Below, piece by piece: positions 29,351 to 40,210 of a stretch of DNA of 64,000 nt. How positions within the stretch are numbered: position 1 is the stretch's first letter; each line of letters begins with the position of its first letter. The position numbers and the translations under genes were made by a program. Source of the DNA: Armatimonadota bacterium (lineage in GTDB: Bacteria > Armatimonadota > SYMT01); assembly GCA_041690135.1 (NCBI GenBank), contig JAWLHY010000002.1, positions 528,342 through 592,341 on the forward strand, written 5' to 3'. Below the pieces are notes generated by a model. That model saw only the letters and a list, made by a program, of their open reading frames with translations, was not told the DNA's origin and made no database searches.

Positions 29351-30760
29351 ATGTATCTCGAGAGATTTTTCGTGGAGGGTCTGGCCCATGCGTCCTACTT
29401 ATTCGGGAAGGACGGCCAGGCGGCGGTGGTGGACCCCAAGCGCGACGTGGACGACTACCTGAAGGCCGCCGAGCGCGAGGGGCTGAAGATCGTGGCGGTG
29501 CTCGTGACCCATGCCCATGCGGACTACGTGGGCGGGCACGTAGAGCTGGCCCAGCGAGCGGGCGCGACGATCTATCACAGTGCGAAGGCGCCCGCGCAGT
29601 ACCCCTTCCACGGGCTGCATCACGGCGAGGACGTCTTCGTCGGCCCGATCCGGGTGAAGGGACTCGACACCCCCGGCCACACGCCGGACTCGATGTCCTT
29701 CTACCTGGAAGCGGACGGGGAGCGGATCCTGTTCTCCGGCGACGCCCTCTTCGTGGGGGATGTCGGGCGGCCGGACCTGGTCGATATGAAGGTCGATCCG
29801 CGGGTGCTGGCCGGTGACCTGTACGACACGCTGCACGACGTCCTTTACCACCTGCCGGACGACACGATCGTTTACCCGGCGCACGGGGCGGGCTCGCTGT
29901 GCGGACGCAAGATCGGCACGGCGCCCAGCACCACGGTCGGCGCGGAGAAGCTGGCCAACTGGGCCAACCAGTTCCGGACCCGCGACGAATTTATCGAAGC
30001 GATGGTCGCCAATCTGCCGGACCGTCCGTTCCACTTCTACCATGATCCGTTCGTCAACCTGGCCGGTCCACGGCCGCTGGCGGAAGTGCCGAAGCCGGCA
30101 CTCATCCAGCCGGGGGAACTCCAGGCGGAGTACGCCGGGGCGCTGGTGCTGGACGTGCGGACTCCGGAGCGGTACGGCGCCGCACATCTCGCCGGCAGCC
30201 TGAATATCGGCGGGCACCTGCCGGTCTTTTCGACCTGGACCGGGATGCTGATCCGCCCCGAGACATCGCTGGTCCTCGTGGTCGAGGAGCCGGAAGCGGC
30301 GGAACGGGCCTGGCTCGACCTGGCGCGGATCGGCTACGAGACGATCCAGGGCTACCTGGTCGCGGATGCGGAGGCCTGGCGAGCGGCCGGGCTAGAAGTG
30401 CGGGAGACGCCGCAGTTGGAAGTCTGCTGCCTCGATCAGTGGATGCGCGAGGGACGCCGGCTGCTCGACGTGCGGACCTGCGCGGAGTGGAACCAGGGCG
30501 GCGTGGAAGGCGCCGTCTGGATCAACCTCTCCAGGCTGGGTGGACGTCTCGACGAGGTTCCGGCCGGGCCACTGGCCGTGATGTGCGGCACCGGGTACCG
30601 GTCGTCCATCGCCGTCAGCCTGCTGGAGCGCGAGGGCCGGGCGGACCTGGTGAACGTGAAGGGCGGTTGGGCCGCCTATGCGCAACGGATGTGCGCCGAG
30701 CCGGACACCTACGACTTCCGGTGCGCCGACGTCTTCGAGCGCATGCCGGTCGCGGCCTGA
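29351..30760 (+). CDS. MBL-fold persulfide dioxygenase fused to two rhodanese domains (CstB/Blh-like)
   Basis: THAHADY, TPGHT, GDALFVGDVGRPDL, PAHGAGSLCG; two LDVR rhodanese domains, the last with CGTGYRS. Confidence 0.9.
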   Translation: MYLERFFVEGLAHASYLFGKDGQAAVVDPKRDVDDYLKAAEREGLKIVAVLVTHAHADYVGGHVELAQRAGATIYHSAKAPAQYPFHGLHHGEDVFVGPIRVKGLDTPGHTPDSMSFYLEADGERILFSGDALFVGDVGRPDLVDMKVDPRVLAGDLYDTLHDVLYHLPDDTIVYPAHGAGSLCGRKIGTAPSTTVGAEKLANWANQFRTRDEFIEAMVANLPDRPFHFYHDPFVNLAGPRPLAEVPKPALIQPGELQAEYAGALVLDVRTPERYGAAHLAGSLNIGGHLPVFSTWTGMLIRPETSLVLVVEEPEAAERAWLDLARIGYETIQGYLVADAEAWRAAGLEVRETPQLEVCCLDQWMREGRRLLDVRTCAEWNQGGVEGAVWINLSRLGGRLDEVPAGPLAVMCGTGYRSSIAVSLLEREGRADLVNVKGGWAAYAQRMCAEPDTYDFRCADVFERMPVAA

Positions 30761-30984
30761 GTGGATTCAGAGCCTGTTGCGGGTCGTTCCTCTACCTCGC
30801 GGGCAGGCTCCCAGGGTTCGCGGCAGTAGCGGGTCACTTGCCGCGAGCAAGCGGCGGGCGGGGGCGGGTCCCCGCCCGTCTGCAACCCCTGCGGTCGTCT
30901 TTTCACTCTCCGGGCGCGTCAAACCGTCCGGCTGCTTCCGTCTTAGCGGTTATCGAGCGCGATGCTGAATGGAGTTAACGAAAG

Positions 30985-32250
30985 ATGACGGACCTTTTGA
31001 ATCCGCCCGCCTCGGCGGGAATGGATCCTGCTCAAACACCCGGCGCCGGCCTGAATGGTCGCCGCCAGGTGCATTATCCCGTGGTGATCGTCGGGGGTGG
31101 CACGGCGGGTCTCACGGTGGCGGCGCGCCTCTGCCAGACCCTTCCCAGCTCCGACATGGCGATTGTCGAGCCTTCGGAGAAGCATTACTACCAGCCGATG
31201 TGGACGCTGGTGGGGGGCGGGGATGCCCGCAAGGAAGACACCGAGCGCGACGAGGCCTCGCTGATCCCTCCCGGCGCGACCTGGCTGAAAGATGCCGTGC
31301 TGGAGTTCGATCCGGAGCACAACGCCCTCCTGACCCGTGAGGGCGTGAAGGTCACCTACGACTACCTGATTGTGGCCGCCGGCATCCAGATCGACTGGGG
31401 CAAGATTCCCGGTCTCCGCGAGAGCCTGGGGAAGGACGGCGTCTGCAGCAACTACTCCTACCAGCACGTCGATAAGACGTGGGAGTTCATCCGCACTTTC
31501 CGCGGCGGCACGGCCATCTTCACCCAGCCTTCTACCCCGATCAAGTGCGGTGGGGCGCCGCAGAAGATCGCCTACCTCGCGGACGCCGCCTTCCGCAAGC
31601 AGGGCGTGCGGGACCGGAGCCGGATCCTCTTTGCCTCGGCGATGCCCAACATCTTCCCGGTGGGGCACTACGCCCCCGCACTCGATGCGGTCGTGCAGCG
31701 GAAGGGGATCGAGACCCGGTTCCAGCACGAACTGATCGAGATCCGCCCCCAGAGCAAAGAGGCGGTGTTCAAGCGCCTGGACACGGGCGAGGCGGTGACC
31801 ATCACTTACGACCTGCTGCACGTCACCCCGCCGATGAGCGCTCCCGATTTCATCAAGCAGAGCCCGCTGGCGAACGCGGGCGGGTGGGTCGAAGTCGACC
31901 AGTACACCCTTCAGCACGCCCGCTTCCCCAATGTTTTCTCCCTGGGTGACTGCTCCAGTCTCCCCACGTCGAAGACCGGGGCGGCGGTCCGCAAGCAAGC
32001 CCCGGTGCTGGTGGAGAACCTGCTGAGCGCCCGTGCCGGCCGTCCGCTGTCGGCCCGGTACGATGGTTACACCTCATGCCCGCTCGTCACGGGTTACGGA
32101 AAGCTGATCCTGGCGGAGTTCGACTACGACAAGCAGCCGAAGGAGACGTTCCCGTTCGACCAGCGCAAGGAGCGGTGGAGCATGTACATGGCCAAAAAAC
32201 ACCTTCTCCCGCTCATCTACTGGCGGGGAATGCTGAAAGGCCGCATGTAA
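30985..32250 (+). CDS. sqr: Sulfide:quinone oxidoreductase (type II-like)
   Basis: GGGTAG, HYYQPMWTLVG, IKCGGAPQK, YDGYTSCPLVT, LAEFDY. Confidence 0.9.
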   Translation: MTDLLNPPASAGMDPAQTPGAGLNGRRQVHYPVVIVGGGTAGLTVAARLCQTLPSSDMAIVEPSEKHYYQPMWTLVGGGDARKEDTERDEASLIPPGATWLKDAVLEFDPEHNALLTREGVKVTYDYLIVAAGIQIDWGKIPGLRESLGKDGVCSNYSYQHVDKTWEFIRTFRGGTAIFTQPSTPIKCGGAPQKIAYLADAAFRKQGVRDRSRILFASAMPNIFPVGHYAPALDAVVQRKGIETRFQHELIEIRPQSKEAVFKRLDTGEAVTITYDLLHVTPPMSAPDFIKQSPLANAGGWVEVDQYTLQHARFPNVFSLGDCSSLPTSKTGAAVRKQAPVLVENLLSARAGRPLSARYDGYTSCPLVTGYGKLILAEFDYDKQPKETFPFDQRKERWSMYMAKKHLLPLIYWRGMLKGRM

Positions 32251-32330
32251 ATCCAGGAGCGCGCGTTGGGGATATAAGATACTGGCGCCCACGCGCGGTG
32301 GCGAGCGTCCTCTAACGGAAACCAGGATTC

Positions 32331-34427
32331 ATGCAGCGTCCTTTCCATTCCCTCTATTCGCATGGCTTCGTGCGCGCGGCGGTCTGCGTGCCGTTTCTGC
32401 GCGTGGCAGACCCCGCCTATAACGTGGAGCGCACGCTGGGCCTCGCGCGGCGTGCCTCGGAGATGCATGCGGCGGTTGCGTTGTTTCCGGAGCTGGGGAT
32501 CTCCGCCTATTCGAACGACGACCTCTTTCACCAGGATGCCCTCCTGGAAGGCGTGGAGTCAGCCCTCGCGCGCCTGGTGGCGGAGAGCCGGGAGCTATCG
32601 CCCGTGCTCCTGGTGGGGGCTCCGCTGCGGTTCGAGGAGAAGCTGTTCAACTGCGCGGTGGTGATCTACCGGGGCCGCGTGTTGGGGATCGTCCCGAAAA
32701 CTTACCTGCCGAACTACCGCGAGTTCTACGAGAAGCGCCAGTTCTCCGCGGCCCGGAGCGCTGTCCGGCGAGAAGTCGAGTTCCTGGGGACCACCGTGCC
32801 GTTCGGCAACGACCTGGTCTTCGAGGCGACCGGTCTGGAGCACTTCCGTATCCATGCCGAGATCTGTGAGGACGTCTGGACGCCGGTCCCACCGAGCACC
32901 TTCGCGTCCCTGGCCGGAGCGACCGTGCTGGCCAACCTCTCGGCCAGCAACATCACGGTAGGCAAAGCGGAGTACCGGAAGGGGCTCTGCTCCATCCAGT
33001 CAGCCCGGTGCCTCGCGGCCTATCTCTATTCCGCGGCGGGGCCGGGCGAGTCGACCACCGACCTGGCCTGGGACGGGCACGCCCTCATCTACGAGAACAG
33101 CGAGCTCCTGGTGGAGTCGGAGCGGTTCGCCGCGGACGAGCAGATCATCGCCGCGGATATCGACCTGGAGCGCCTGGCCCAGGACCGCATGCGGATGACC
33201 AGCTTCAGCGATGCAGCCGGGGACTACCGGGACCAGGTCCGGGCCGTGCGCCGGGTCCCATTCGAGTTCCAGGTGCCCCAGGGCGAGATCGGTCTCTTGC
33301 GGAAGATCGAGCGCTTCCCCTACGTGCCCAGCGATCCCCGGGTCCGCGACGAGCGGTGCTACGAGGTCTACAACATCCAGGTCCACGGCCTGATGAAGCG
33401 CCTGAGTAGTACGAAGCTGGAGAAGATCGTGATCGGGGTCTCCGGCGGCCTCGACTCGACCCATGCCCTCATCGTTGCCGCTCGCACCATGGACCGGATG
33501 GGCCTGCCACGGACCAACATCCTGGCTTACACCATGCCGGGGTTCGCCACCAGCGACGTGACGCTCAACAACGCGCACCGGCTGATGAAGTCGCTGGGAG
33601 TGACCGCGCACGAGATCGACATCCGCCCGTCCTGCCTGCAGATGATGCGGGATATCGGGCACCCGTTCATCGAGGGGGAGCCGGTCTACGACATCACCTT
33701 CGAGAACGTCCAGGCGGGCGAGCGGACCTCGCACCTGTTCCGGCTCGCGAACTACCACAACGGGATGGTGCTGGGCACCGGCGACCTCAGCGAGCTGGCC
33801 CTGGGGTGGGCGACCTACGGCGTGGGCGACCATATGTCGCACTACAACGTGAACGCCTCCGTGCCCAAAACGCTGATCCAGCACGTGCTGCGGTGGGTGA
33901 TCGATACGGAGCAGTTCGACCCGGAGACGGGCAGCACGCTCCAGTCGATCCTGGACACCGAGATCTCGCCGGAACTGGTGCCGCACGAGGCCGGGAAGTC
34001 CGACCAGCCGGCGCAGAGCACCCAGGCGAAGATCGGTCCCTACGAGCTTCAGGACTTCAACACCTACTACATCACCCGGTTCGGCTTCCGGCCCAGTAAG
34101 GTCGCCTTCCTGGCGCTTCACGCGTGGGGCAAGAAGAACGAAGGGCTATGGCCGGACCTGATCGCCCAGGAGAAGCGCAACGAGTACGACCTGGCCACCA
34201 TCAAGAAGTGGTTGGAGGTATTCCTCTTCCGCTTCTTCCAGATCAGCCAGTTCAAGCGGTCGTGCGTCCCCAACGGCCCCAAAGTCGGCTCCGGAGGCTC
34301 CCTCTCCCCCCGCGGCGACTGGCGTGCCCCCAGCGACTCCGAATCGGTCGTCTGGCTGGAAGAGCTCCGCCGCAACGTCCCTGATGGGGATGTCTCACCA
34401 CGGAGTCACGGAGACACGGAAAAGTAA
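32331..34427 (+). CDS. nadE: Glutamine-dependent NAD+ synthetase
   Basis: Nitrilase domain ([24 protein letters not shown]) plus synthetase domain ([22 protein letters not shown]). Confidence 0.97.
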   Translation: MQRPFHSLYSHGFVRAAVCVPFLRVADPAYNVERTLGLARRASEMHAAVALFPELGISAYSNDDLFHQDALLEGVESALARLVAESRELSPVLLVGAPLRFEEKLFNCAVVIYRGRVLGIVPKTYLPNYREFYEKRQFSAARSAVRREVEFLGTTVPFGNDLVFEATGLEHFRIHAEICEDVWTPVPPSTFASLAGATVLANLSASNITVGKAEYRKGLCSIQSARCLAAYLYSAAGPGESTTDLAWDGHALIYENSELLVESERFAADEQIIAADIDLERLAQDRMRMTSFSDAAGDYRDQVRAVRRVPFEFQVPQGEIGLLRKIERFPYVPSDPRVRDERCYEVYNIQVHGLMKRLSSTKLEKIVIGVSGGLDSTHALIVAARTMDRMGLPRTNILAYTMPGFATSDVTLNNAHRLMKSLGVTAHEIDIRPSCLQMMRDIGHPFIEGEPVYDITFENVQAGERTSHLFRLANYHNGMVLGTGDLSELALGWATYGVGDHMSHYNVNASVPKTLIQHVLRWVIDTEQFDPETGSTLQSILDTEISPELVPHEAGKSDQPAQSTQAKIGPYELQDFNTYYITRFGFRPSKVAFLALHAWGKKNEGLWPDLIAQEKRNEYDLATIKKWLEVFLFRFFQISQFKRSCVPNGPKVGSGGSLSPRGDWRAPSDSESVVWLEELRRNVPDGDVSPRSHGDTEK

Positions 34428-35078
34428 AAGAGAGGTGGGTTCGGGAATCAGGGAGTGCTTGCCGGGTCACGTCTTCCCGGTCCTCAGGGCGGTCACCGAC
34501 TTTGCACCCCATCGTGGACACCGGCCATCATCCCGCACCCGCTGGGAGTCCGGATGCTAGTCCGGTGCCTCGCGATCCTGCCCCGCCTCCCGCCCCGCCA
34601 ACCCAGCACCCGTCTTGATCCCAAGCGTGGACTCGCCGATTGCATCGGCGCTTCGCGATCCTACCCCCGCTTCCCGTATTGCCACACGGGACCTCCGTAG
34701 TAGAGCACTCGGCGACGTACACCTGGCGAAGTAAACCTGGCGGAGCATAGGGCTGTCCCCGACCAGGGCCGTGCCCTTGATCCGTCCACCAACCATTTGC
34801 CGTTCTCTGAACACGGACGGCCGGCACGCGTCGAGGGAGTGCGAACCCAGGACGAATGATTCACTGGCGGGTCATTTGCTTCGCGCGTTTGCCTTGTCGG
34901 GGTGAGCGGAGCCCCACACGCCAGCGCCGGTACAAGACCACAGCCAGGCGGGGACGGAGCCTCCGCCCTACTTCTACGGGCGCGGATACCGAGACTATCC
35001 CGTCTACCTCGAGCCAGTCCTGCAGCAGCGCAGGGCAGGCGCAGACTCGCAGCACTTGGGTGGCAAGTAACCCACCCT

Positions 35079-35315
35079 TCATTCCAGGTCGGGAAGCTCC
35101 TCACGGGACACGAGGAGCCGGATGGAACGGCCCTGGCCCGGCGTGCGCTCCAGGAGCCCGGCCTCTTCCAGGCGCTTCACCATCAGGTGGGCCGACACGG
35201 GGGTGATGCGGAAATACCAGGCGATATCCGCCTCCGCGGGTGGGATGCGGTTCAGCTTGGTGTACCAGTAGATGTACGCCAGGAACTGGCCCTGGCGCGC
35301 GGTAAACCGGCTCAT
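35079..35315 (-). CDS. Small LexA-DBD/MarR-like winged-helix regulator
   Basis: FTARQGQFLAYI..Y......PPAEADI..YF...AHLMVKRLE..GLL.R.PG..RSI. Confidence 0.85.
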   Translation of the reverse strand: MSRFTARQGQFLAYIYWYTKLNRIPPAEADIAWYFRITPVSAHLMVKRLEEAGLLERTPGQGRSIRLLVSREELPDLE

Positions 35316-35893
35316 GGTTCTTGCCTCACCGTCGCGCTCGCCGGGTCCGGGAATTCAATTCCCTGCGGTGCTGCGTGTCGTCGCAGGCATTGGGTGACCC
35401 GCTTGGCGGCGCCTTCCACCACGACCCCCAGACCCGCCGCAAGCACCGCTGATCCCATGGCTCCGCCGACGAGGAGCAGCAGGAGCAGTGGAAGCGAGGC
35501 GAGGGTACCGGGGATAAGTGAGTAGGGTTCCGGTCCCCATTCCCAGAGCGTGAATGCGCGGTAATGTAGTTCCAGCCCACTCGCATACGAAGGGAGGTGT
35601 GGGAACAGGTACGCGAACCAGGGGAAGACCAGGACTACCAGCAGTGCCACCACCAGTAGCCGGCCAAGCACGTTCAGTGACATTCGGGTCAGGCGTTCTC
35701 CGGAATGCCGCCAGCGGTGGGTGAAGTCGAGGAGTGCTCGGTAACGCGCCGTAAGGGTGTCTCGGGCGGTGCGATCCTGCGATCGCGCCTCCTCCAGAAG
35801 TGCCCCATGGTTCTGCTCTACCGGCGGAGTAGCCGTCTGCCGGCCTCGGTACGGTGGGTGAATGAGTGGTTCGGAAGCCTTTCGGAGTTGCAT
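35312..35893 (-). CDS. Hypothetical membrane protein (start uncertain)
   Basis: Two hydrophobic stretches; stop overlaps the regulator start (ATGA). Confidence 0.4.
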   Translation of the reverse strand: MQLRKASEPLIHPPYRGRQTATPPVEQNHGALLEEARSQDRTARDTLTARYRALLDFTHRWRHSGERLTRMSLNVLGRLLVVALLVVLVFPWFAYLFPHLPSYASGLELHYRAFTLWEWGPEPYSLIPGTLASLPLLLLLLVGGAMGSAVLAAGLGVVVEGAAKRVTQCLRRHAAPQGIEFPDPASATVRQEP

Positions 35894-36322
35894 GGGCGCT
35901 TACGTACATTCTGCCGCAACACACGCCCAACCGCCAACCCGATCCTTTAGCGTCTCAACGCGAATCGGCATGGTCCCAGGCACTTCGTCCGCGGGCAAGT
36001 GACCCCGATCTTGCCACCGGGGGATCAATTGCCGCGTGGGTTGGCATTCGCTCTCGTGGGTCCGGAGCCGCCTTCCACATGGCAAGACGGGTGCTTACCC
36101 AGAGCCCGGCGGGGACGGAGATCCCGCCCTACTTCTGCGGGTGCAAGGGCAGAACTCATGGCGCTCACCAAGAGCTAGCCCGTCCGGAACCCAAAGCGTA
36201 GCGCTGGCAAGCGGAATCTGGGTGATAAGTGACCCGCTAGGCTCGTTATCGTTATCTTCCTGTTCCTTACCACCCCACCTTCCTTATCCTTATCTTCCCG
36301 GTCCTTATCTTTATCTGCCCCG

Positions 36323-37327
36323 CTATCCATTCCCCGGGCTGCCGTCGTTGATGCGGGGCCAGCCGTTCTCCCAATGGATGCGGTCCATCAGCAGCATGCG
36401 GGGGTGCTTGCCGCCGACCCGACCGCGCTGGTAGGCGTGGTAGAGAAAGTAGTCATGGCCGTCGTGGGCGCGGACGACGCTGCCATGGCCCGGTCCCATC
36501 CAGTGTTCGTCGCGGCGGAGGACCGTCTCCCGCTGCTTGATGAATGGTCCCAGCGGCGAATAGGCCCGGGCCACTCCCACGGCATAGTGTTCGTTGTAGA
36601 AGGCGTTGCCGCTGTAGAAGAGGTAGTAATAGCGCCCGCGGCGGACGACCCAGGGTCCTTCCACCAGGTGGTCTTCCCACTCCAGGTCGTTCTCCAGCAC
36701 CCGGTGCCGCTCCCCGACCAGCGCCATGCCGTCCTCCGAGAGTTGCTGGGCGTAGATGGGGGTCTTCTCCATCGGGCGCAGGTCGTTGCCGTCTTCCTTC
36801 CAGTAAAGGAAGCGCTTGCCGCTGCGATCGTGGTCGTGGAAGTAGTGGCTGTCGATCATGCCGACCCGGTCGTCCCGGACCAGCGGCCGTCCGGAGTCGG
36901 TGAACGGTCCGGTGGGATGGTCGGACCAGGCCACCCCTACGCACAGCCGCTGGGTGCGGTCGCGCGCCGTGTAGTAGGCGACGTAGCGACGACCGACCCG
37001 GTGAACCTCCGGCGCCCAGAAGTCGCTCCTCGCCCACGCCGGCCGCTGGCGACGGGGGAAGAGGTGGCCCACCCGGCTCCACTGGACCAGGTCCCGCGAG
37101 TGCCGGATCGGAAACGCGTCGGCCGCGTTGCCCGAGGTGGCGTAGAGGTAGTAGTCGTCCCCAGCACGCAGGATGCAAGGATCCGGAACGTTCTCCGCCA
37201 GGAGCGGGTTACGGGGCCCGGTAGGACTTCCGCACTCCAGGAAGTTGGAGAGGTGCGGGACGGCGACAGGGTAGGTGACGACAGGCGCCGCGGTTCTGCG
37301 GCGCTTACGAGGGTGTTCGCTGCCCAT
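36323..37327 (-). CDS. Glycoside hydrolase family 43
   Basis: PDP, FWAPE, IDS, VEGP and GPGHGS five-bladed propeller motifs. Confidence 0.92.
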   Translation of the reverse strand: MGSEHPRKRRRTAAPVVTYPVAVPHLSNFLECGSPTGPRNPLLAENVPDPCILRAGDDYYLYATSGNAADAFPIRHSRDLVQWSRVGHLFPRRQRPAWARSDFWAPEVHRVGRRYVAYYTARDRTQRLCVGVAWSDHPTGPFTDSGRPLVRDDRVGMIDSHYFHDHDRSGKRFLYWKEDGNDLRPMEKTPIYAQQLSEDGMALVGERHRVLENDLEWEDHLVEGPWVVRRGRYYYLFYSGNAFYNEHYAVGVARAYSPLGPFIKQRETVLRRDEHWMGPGHGSVVRAHDGHDYFLYHAYQRGRVGGKHPRMLLMDRIHWENGWPRINDGSPGNG

Positions 37328-37569
37328 GGGACGCTCAGGATGTCCCTTCTACAGGGATGTGTTCCGCTTCCGATCACTGCCATACGTGATGGCTTGATTC
37401 CTTATTCGGCTAAGAATACGGATTCCCGCACCGGAACAATGCCCACGCCGTACTGGTTCGTCATTGCGTCACGAGCGCGCCCTGAACCGCGTACTCCAGT
37501 CAACAGATACGTCTTGCCTCGGGTACGCAAGCCCGCGTGCCCGGCAGGCGCCCGTGGGGAGATGCGGCA

Positions 37570-39354
37570 ATGCGTAAAAGAAGATGGGGTTTCGGGTTGA
37601 TGCTTCTGACCACCGCGGCGGCGATCGCGAGCGCCCAATCGCAGCGCGCGGCGGACCTGGTGGTCCACGAGTGGGGCACGTTCCTCGCGATGCAGGGCTC
37701 CGACGGAAGCTCGCTGGACGGGATGTACCACGAGGAGCACGCGCTCCCCTCGTTCGTCCACGCGCGCAGCCGGGACCAGCTCCGGCTGCGGTCGGCGATC
37801 CTCAAGGGGGAAACGCCGGTCATCTACTTCTACACCGGGCAGCGGCGGCGGGTAGACGTGCGGGTCGACTTCCCGCGCGGGGTCTGGACCCAGTGGTTTC
37901 CGCAGGCCAACCACGTAGGTCCCCAGTTCGCCGCTGCCGGAGATCCGCTCCAGCCCCGGAACGGGAAGATTACCTGGGTGGCGCATCTCTTCCCGGATCT
38001 GAAGAAGCCGCCCTCGGGCTATCCGGCCACGCCCGAAGACGCCCTGTGGAACCACGCTCGCGAGGTGGATGCCGCCTATGTTGCGACGCAGGACCACGCC
38101 AAGGGCGGACTTTCGGAGACGGACCGCTTCCTCTTCTACCGCGGCCTGGGCGAGGTGCCGCTGCCGCTGACGATGACCCATAGCCAGAGCGGCACCCTCA
38201 ACTGGGGTCGGGATGCAGGTGGAGATGCCGCGCACCTGTTCGTGCTGCGGGTGGAGAACGGCCGCGGCGCTTTCCGTTACCTGCCCAAACTCTCGCCGGG
38301 GGAGACGGTGCGGGATATACTCCCTTCCCAGAAGACCTCCCGGCCGCTTCCGGAGTTCACCCGCGCGGTTGCCGCAGAGCTGGCGAAGCGTCTTACGGAG
38401 AGCGGCCTCTACGCCAAGGAATCGCAAGCAATGGAGAACACCTGGCGCACCAGCTATTTCCACACCGACGGCGTGCGGGTGCTGTTCGTGCTGCCCCGCG
38501 CCTGGACCGACCGCACGATCCCCATGCAACTGCGCCCCGAGCCGCGCGAGCTGGTGCGGGTGATGGTCGGACGCCTGGAGCTCCTGACCCCCGAACGGGA
38601 GCGCCGGGCCGAAGAGGCCATCCGCGGGTTGACCGAGCCGCAGCGGCGTGCGGAGTCCTTTCGCTATCTCCGGGAGCAGGGACGCTATGTCGAGCCAATC
38701 GTCAGGAGAACGCTGAAGGAGACCCAGGACCCCTATCTCCGCCTGCTCTGCACGCGCCTGCTCGGGACGAGCCTGGTGACCGAGCTCCGGGCCGCCATCC
38801 ACGACGCGCGCACGGGCGGCCGGCTGGCCGATGACCCGCTCTACGTCCGCGCTCAACTGGCGTCGCTGTTGCGGGAGATGGGACTCGACGCGGAAGCAAA
38901 ACAGGAGGCGGATCCGGTTCTCTCGGAGTTGCGGAAGCGGCCGGAGCCCTCCCTGGAGCGGAGCACGGCGCGCCACCACCTTCGGGCCTACGCACGCGCC
39001 CTGGAAGGCGCCGGGGATGATGCGGGAGCGGCCGCGGCTTACGGCCGGTTCCTCACCTTTGCCGCCCAGGTGAAGACAAAGGAGCAGTGCCGCGGCTGTC
39101 ACATCGGCGCTGGCGGCCCCACCACCATGGCCTGGTACCGCGACTGGTGGGCCGGCCGGAAGTACGCCCACTACGCCGCCCGGGCTCAGGTCCTGGAAAG
39201 GGAGGTCGTTACCCTGGAGCGTACCGCACCAGGGAGTGTTCGGGAAGCCGAAGCCCAGTTGAAACTGGCGTTCCTGTACGCGGCCCAAGGGCGGGAGCCC
39301 CAGGTGAAGGCGGCGTGGTCGCGCCTGGGGGGCGCCGCACGACTGGCGGAGTAA
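37570..39354 (+). CDS. Exported hypothetical protein (VHEWGTF family) with C-terminal helical repeats and a CxxCH motif
   Basis: Signal peptide; VHEWGTF, ETPVIYFY, FLFYRG, GLYAKE, LVRVMVGRLE; CRGCH at 39088-39102. Confidence 0.75.
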   Translation: MRKRRWGFGLMLLTTAAAIASAQSQRAADLVVHEWGTFLAMQGSDGSSLDGMYHEEHALPSFVHARSRDQLRLRSAILKGETPVIYFYTGQRRRVDVRVDFPRGVWTQWFPQANHVGPQFAAAGDPLQPRNGKITWVAHLFPDLKKPPSGYPATPEDALWNHAREVDAAYVATQDHAKGGLSETDRFLFYRGLGEVPLPLTMTHSQSGTLNWGRDAGGDAAHLFVLRVENGRGAFRYLPKLSPGETVRDILPSQKTSRPLPEFTRAVAAELAKRLTESGLYAKESQAMENTWRTSYFHTDGVRVLFVLPRAWTDRTIPMQLRPEPRELVRVMVGRLELLTPERERRAEEAIRGLTEPQRRAESFRYLREQGRYVEPIVRRTLKETQDPYLRLLCTRLLGTSLVTELRAAIHDARTGGRLADDPLYVRAQLASLLREMGLDAEAKQEADPVLSELRKRPEPSLERSTARHHLRAYARALEGAGDDAGAAAAYGRFLTFAAQVKTKEQCRGCHIGAGGPTTMAWYRDWWAGRKYAHYAARAQVLEREVVTLERTAPGSVREAEAQLKLAFLYAAQGREPQVKAAWSRLGGAARLAE

Positions 39355-39651
39355 AAGGGGATAGGTGGGATAGAGAGTGGCAGTTGGTAGAGTTTGCTTG
39401 CGTTGACGCTGGTGATACCGGTGTCAACGACTGATGCGGTGGAGTTGCCGTTCGAGAGCCGCTTTGCGATCCCGCAAGCAGGGATAGCCGCGCAGGTGCT
39501 CCCACATCCACTTCGCCCGCGCTTCGCCCGCCGACGCAGGTTCCGCACCCGGAAACCGCCACCCATCGCTCGGACCCAGTGCAATGTCGACGTCGCGCAG
39601 GTCGAGCGCGTGCGCCTCCAGCCGGAAAACCGCGAAGCCGCGGGCGACGGG

Positions 39652-40113
39652 TTACTCCTGTTGATAGGCGGCGATCTCCAGGATCGTGCCGTCCGGATCG
39701 GAGAAATAGAACAGCTTCTTCCGGCCGAGGTTACCCACCTGGAAGGGCACGAGCACCGGCTCACTGACGATCGGAACCCCCGCGGTTTTCAGGCGGGCGA
39801 GGAGGTCCTCCAGGGCGGCCCAGTCTTCCACGGCGAAAGCGAGGTGGCGCAGTCCGTGCGTGTTCGGGAGGCGATTGGGCGCCAGGGCTTCGCCTGCGGG
39901 GGTGAAGTACTGCAGCAATTCCAGACGGACGCCGGGAGCATCGGCTTCGAGGAAAACGCAGCGGGCGTGGGCTTCCGGGAGGCCGGTGACGGTCTCCACC
40001 CACTCACCCTGCAGGGTGGTTTCGAAACTCCGGCGCAAGCCGAGGAGCCCGGAGTAGAAGGCGAGCGCGCGGTCCATGTCCGCGACGACGATGTTGATGT
40101 GATCGAACTGCAT
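39652..40113 (-). CDS. VOC/glyoxalase family protein
   Basis: DHINIVVADMDRALAFY, LELLQY, HLAFAV, YFSDPDGTILE. Confidence 0.9.
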   Translation of the reverse strand: MQFDHINIVVADMDRALAFYSGLLGLRRSFETTLQGEWVETVTGLPEAHARCVFLEADAPGVRLELLQYFTPAGEALAPNRLPNTHGLRHLAFAVEDWAALEDLLARLKTAGVPIVSEPVLVPFQVGNLGRKKLFYFSDPDGTILEIAAYQQE

Positions 40114-40210
40114 GTCTGGTGGGGCGCGATGCGACCTATACCGTCCGAAGGGCTGCGCGCGGACTCGCATCCGGCCGGGTAACCCGTTCAGGCGTATGCC
40201 TGCCGGAATA

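Noticed and set aside
30769-30812. GAGCCTG...CAGGCTC inverted repeat as IS or MITE ends
   Set aside because: Only about 40 bp, single copy, no transposase; more simply a hairpin after the dioxygenase gene
35966-36000. GGCATGGTCCCAG resembles the start of the HDV ribozyme
   Set aside because: No complementary P1 strand or nested double-pseudoknot partners found; likely chance
36019-36033. GGGGGATCAATTGCC, similar to the reverse complement of the structured element's 5' block
   Set aside because: Similarity does not extend to the other conserved blocks
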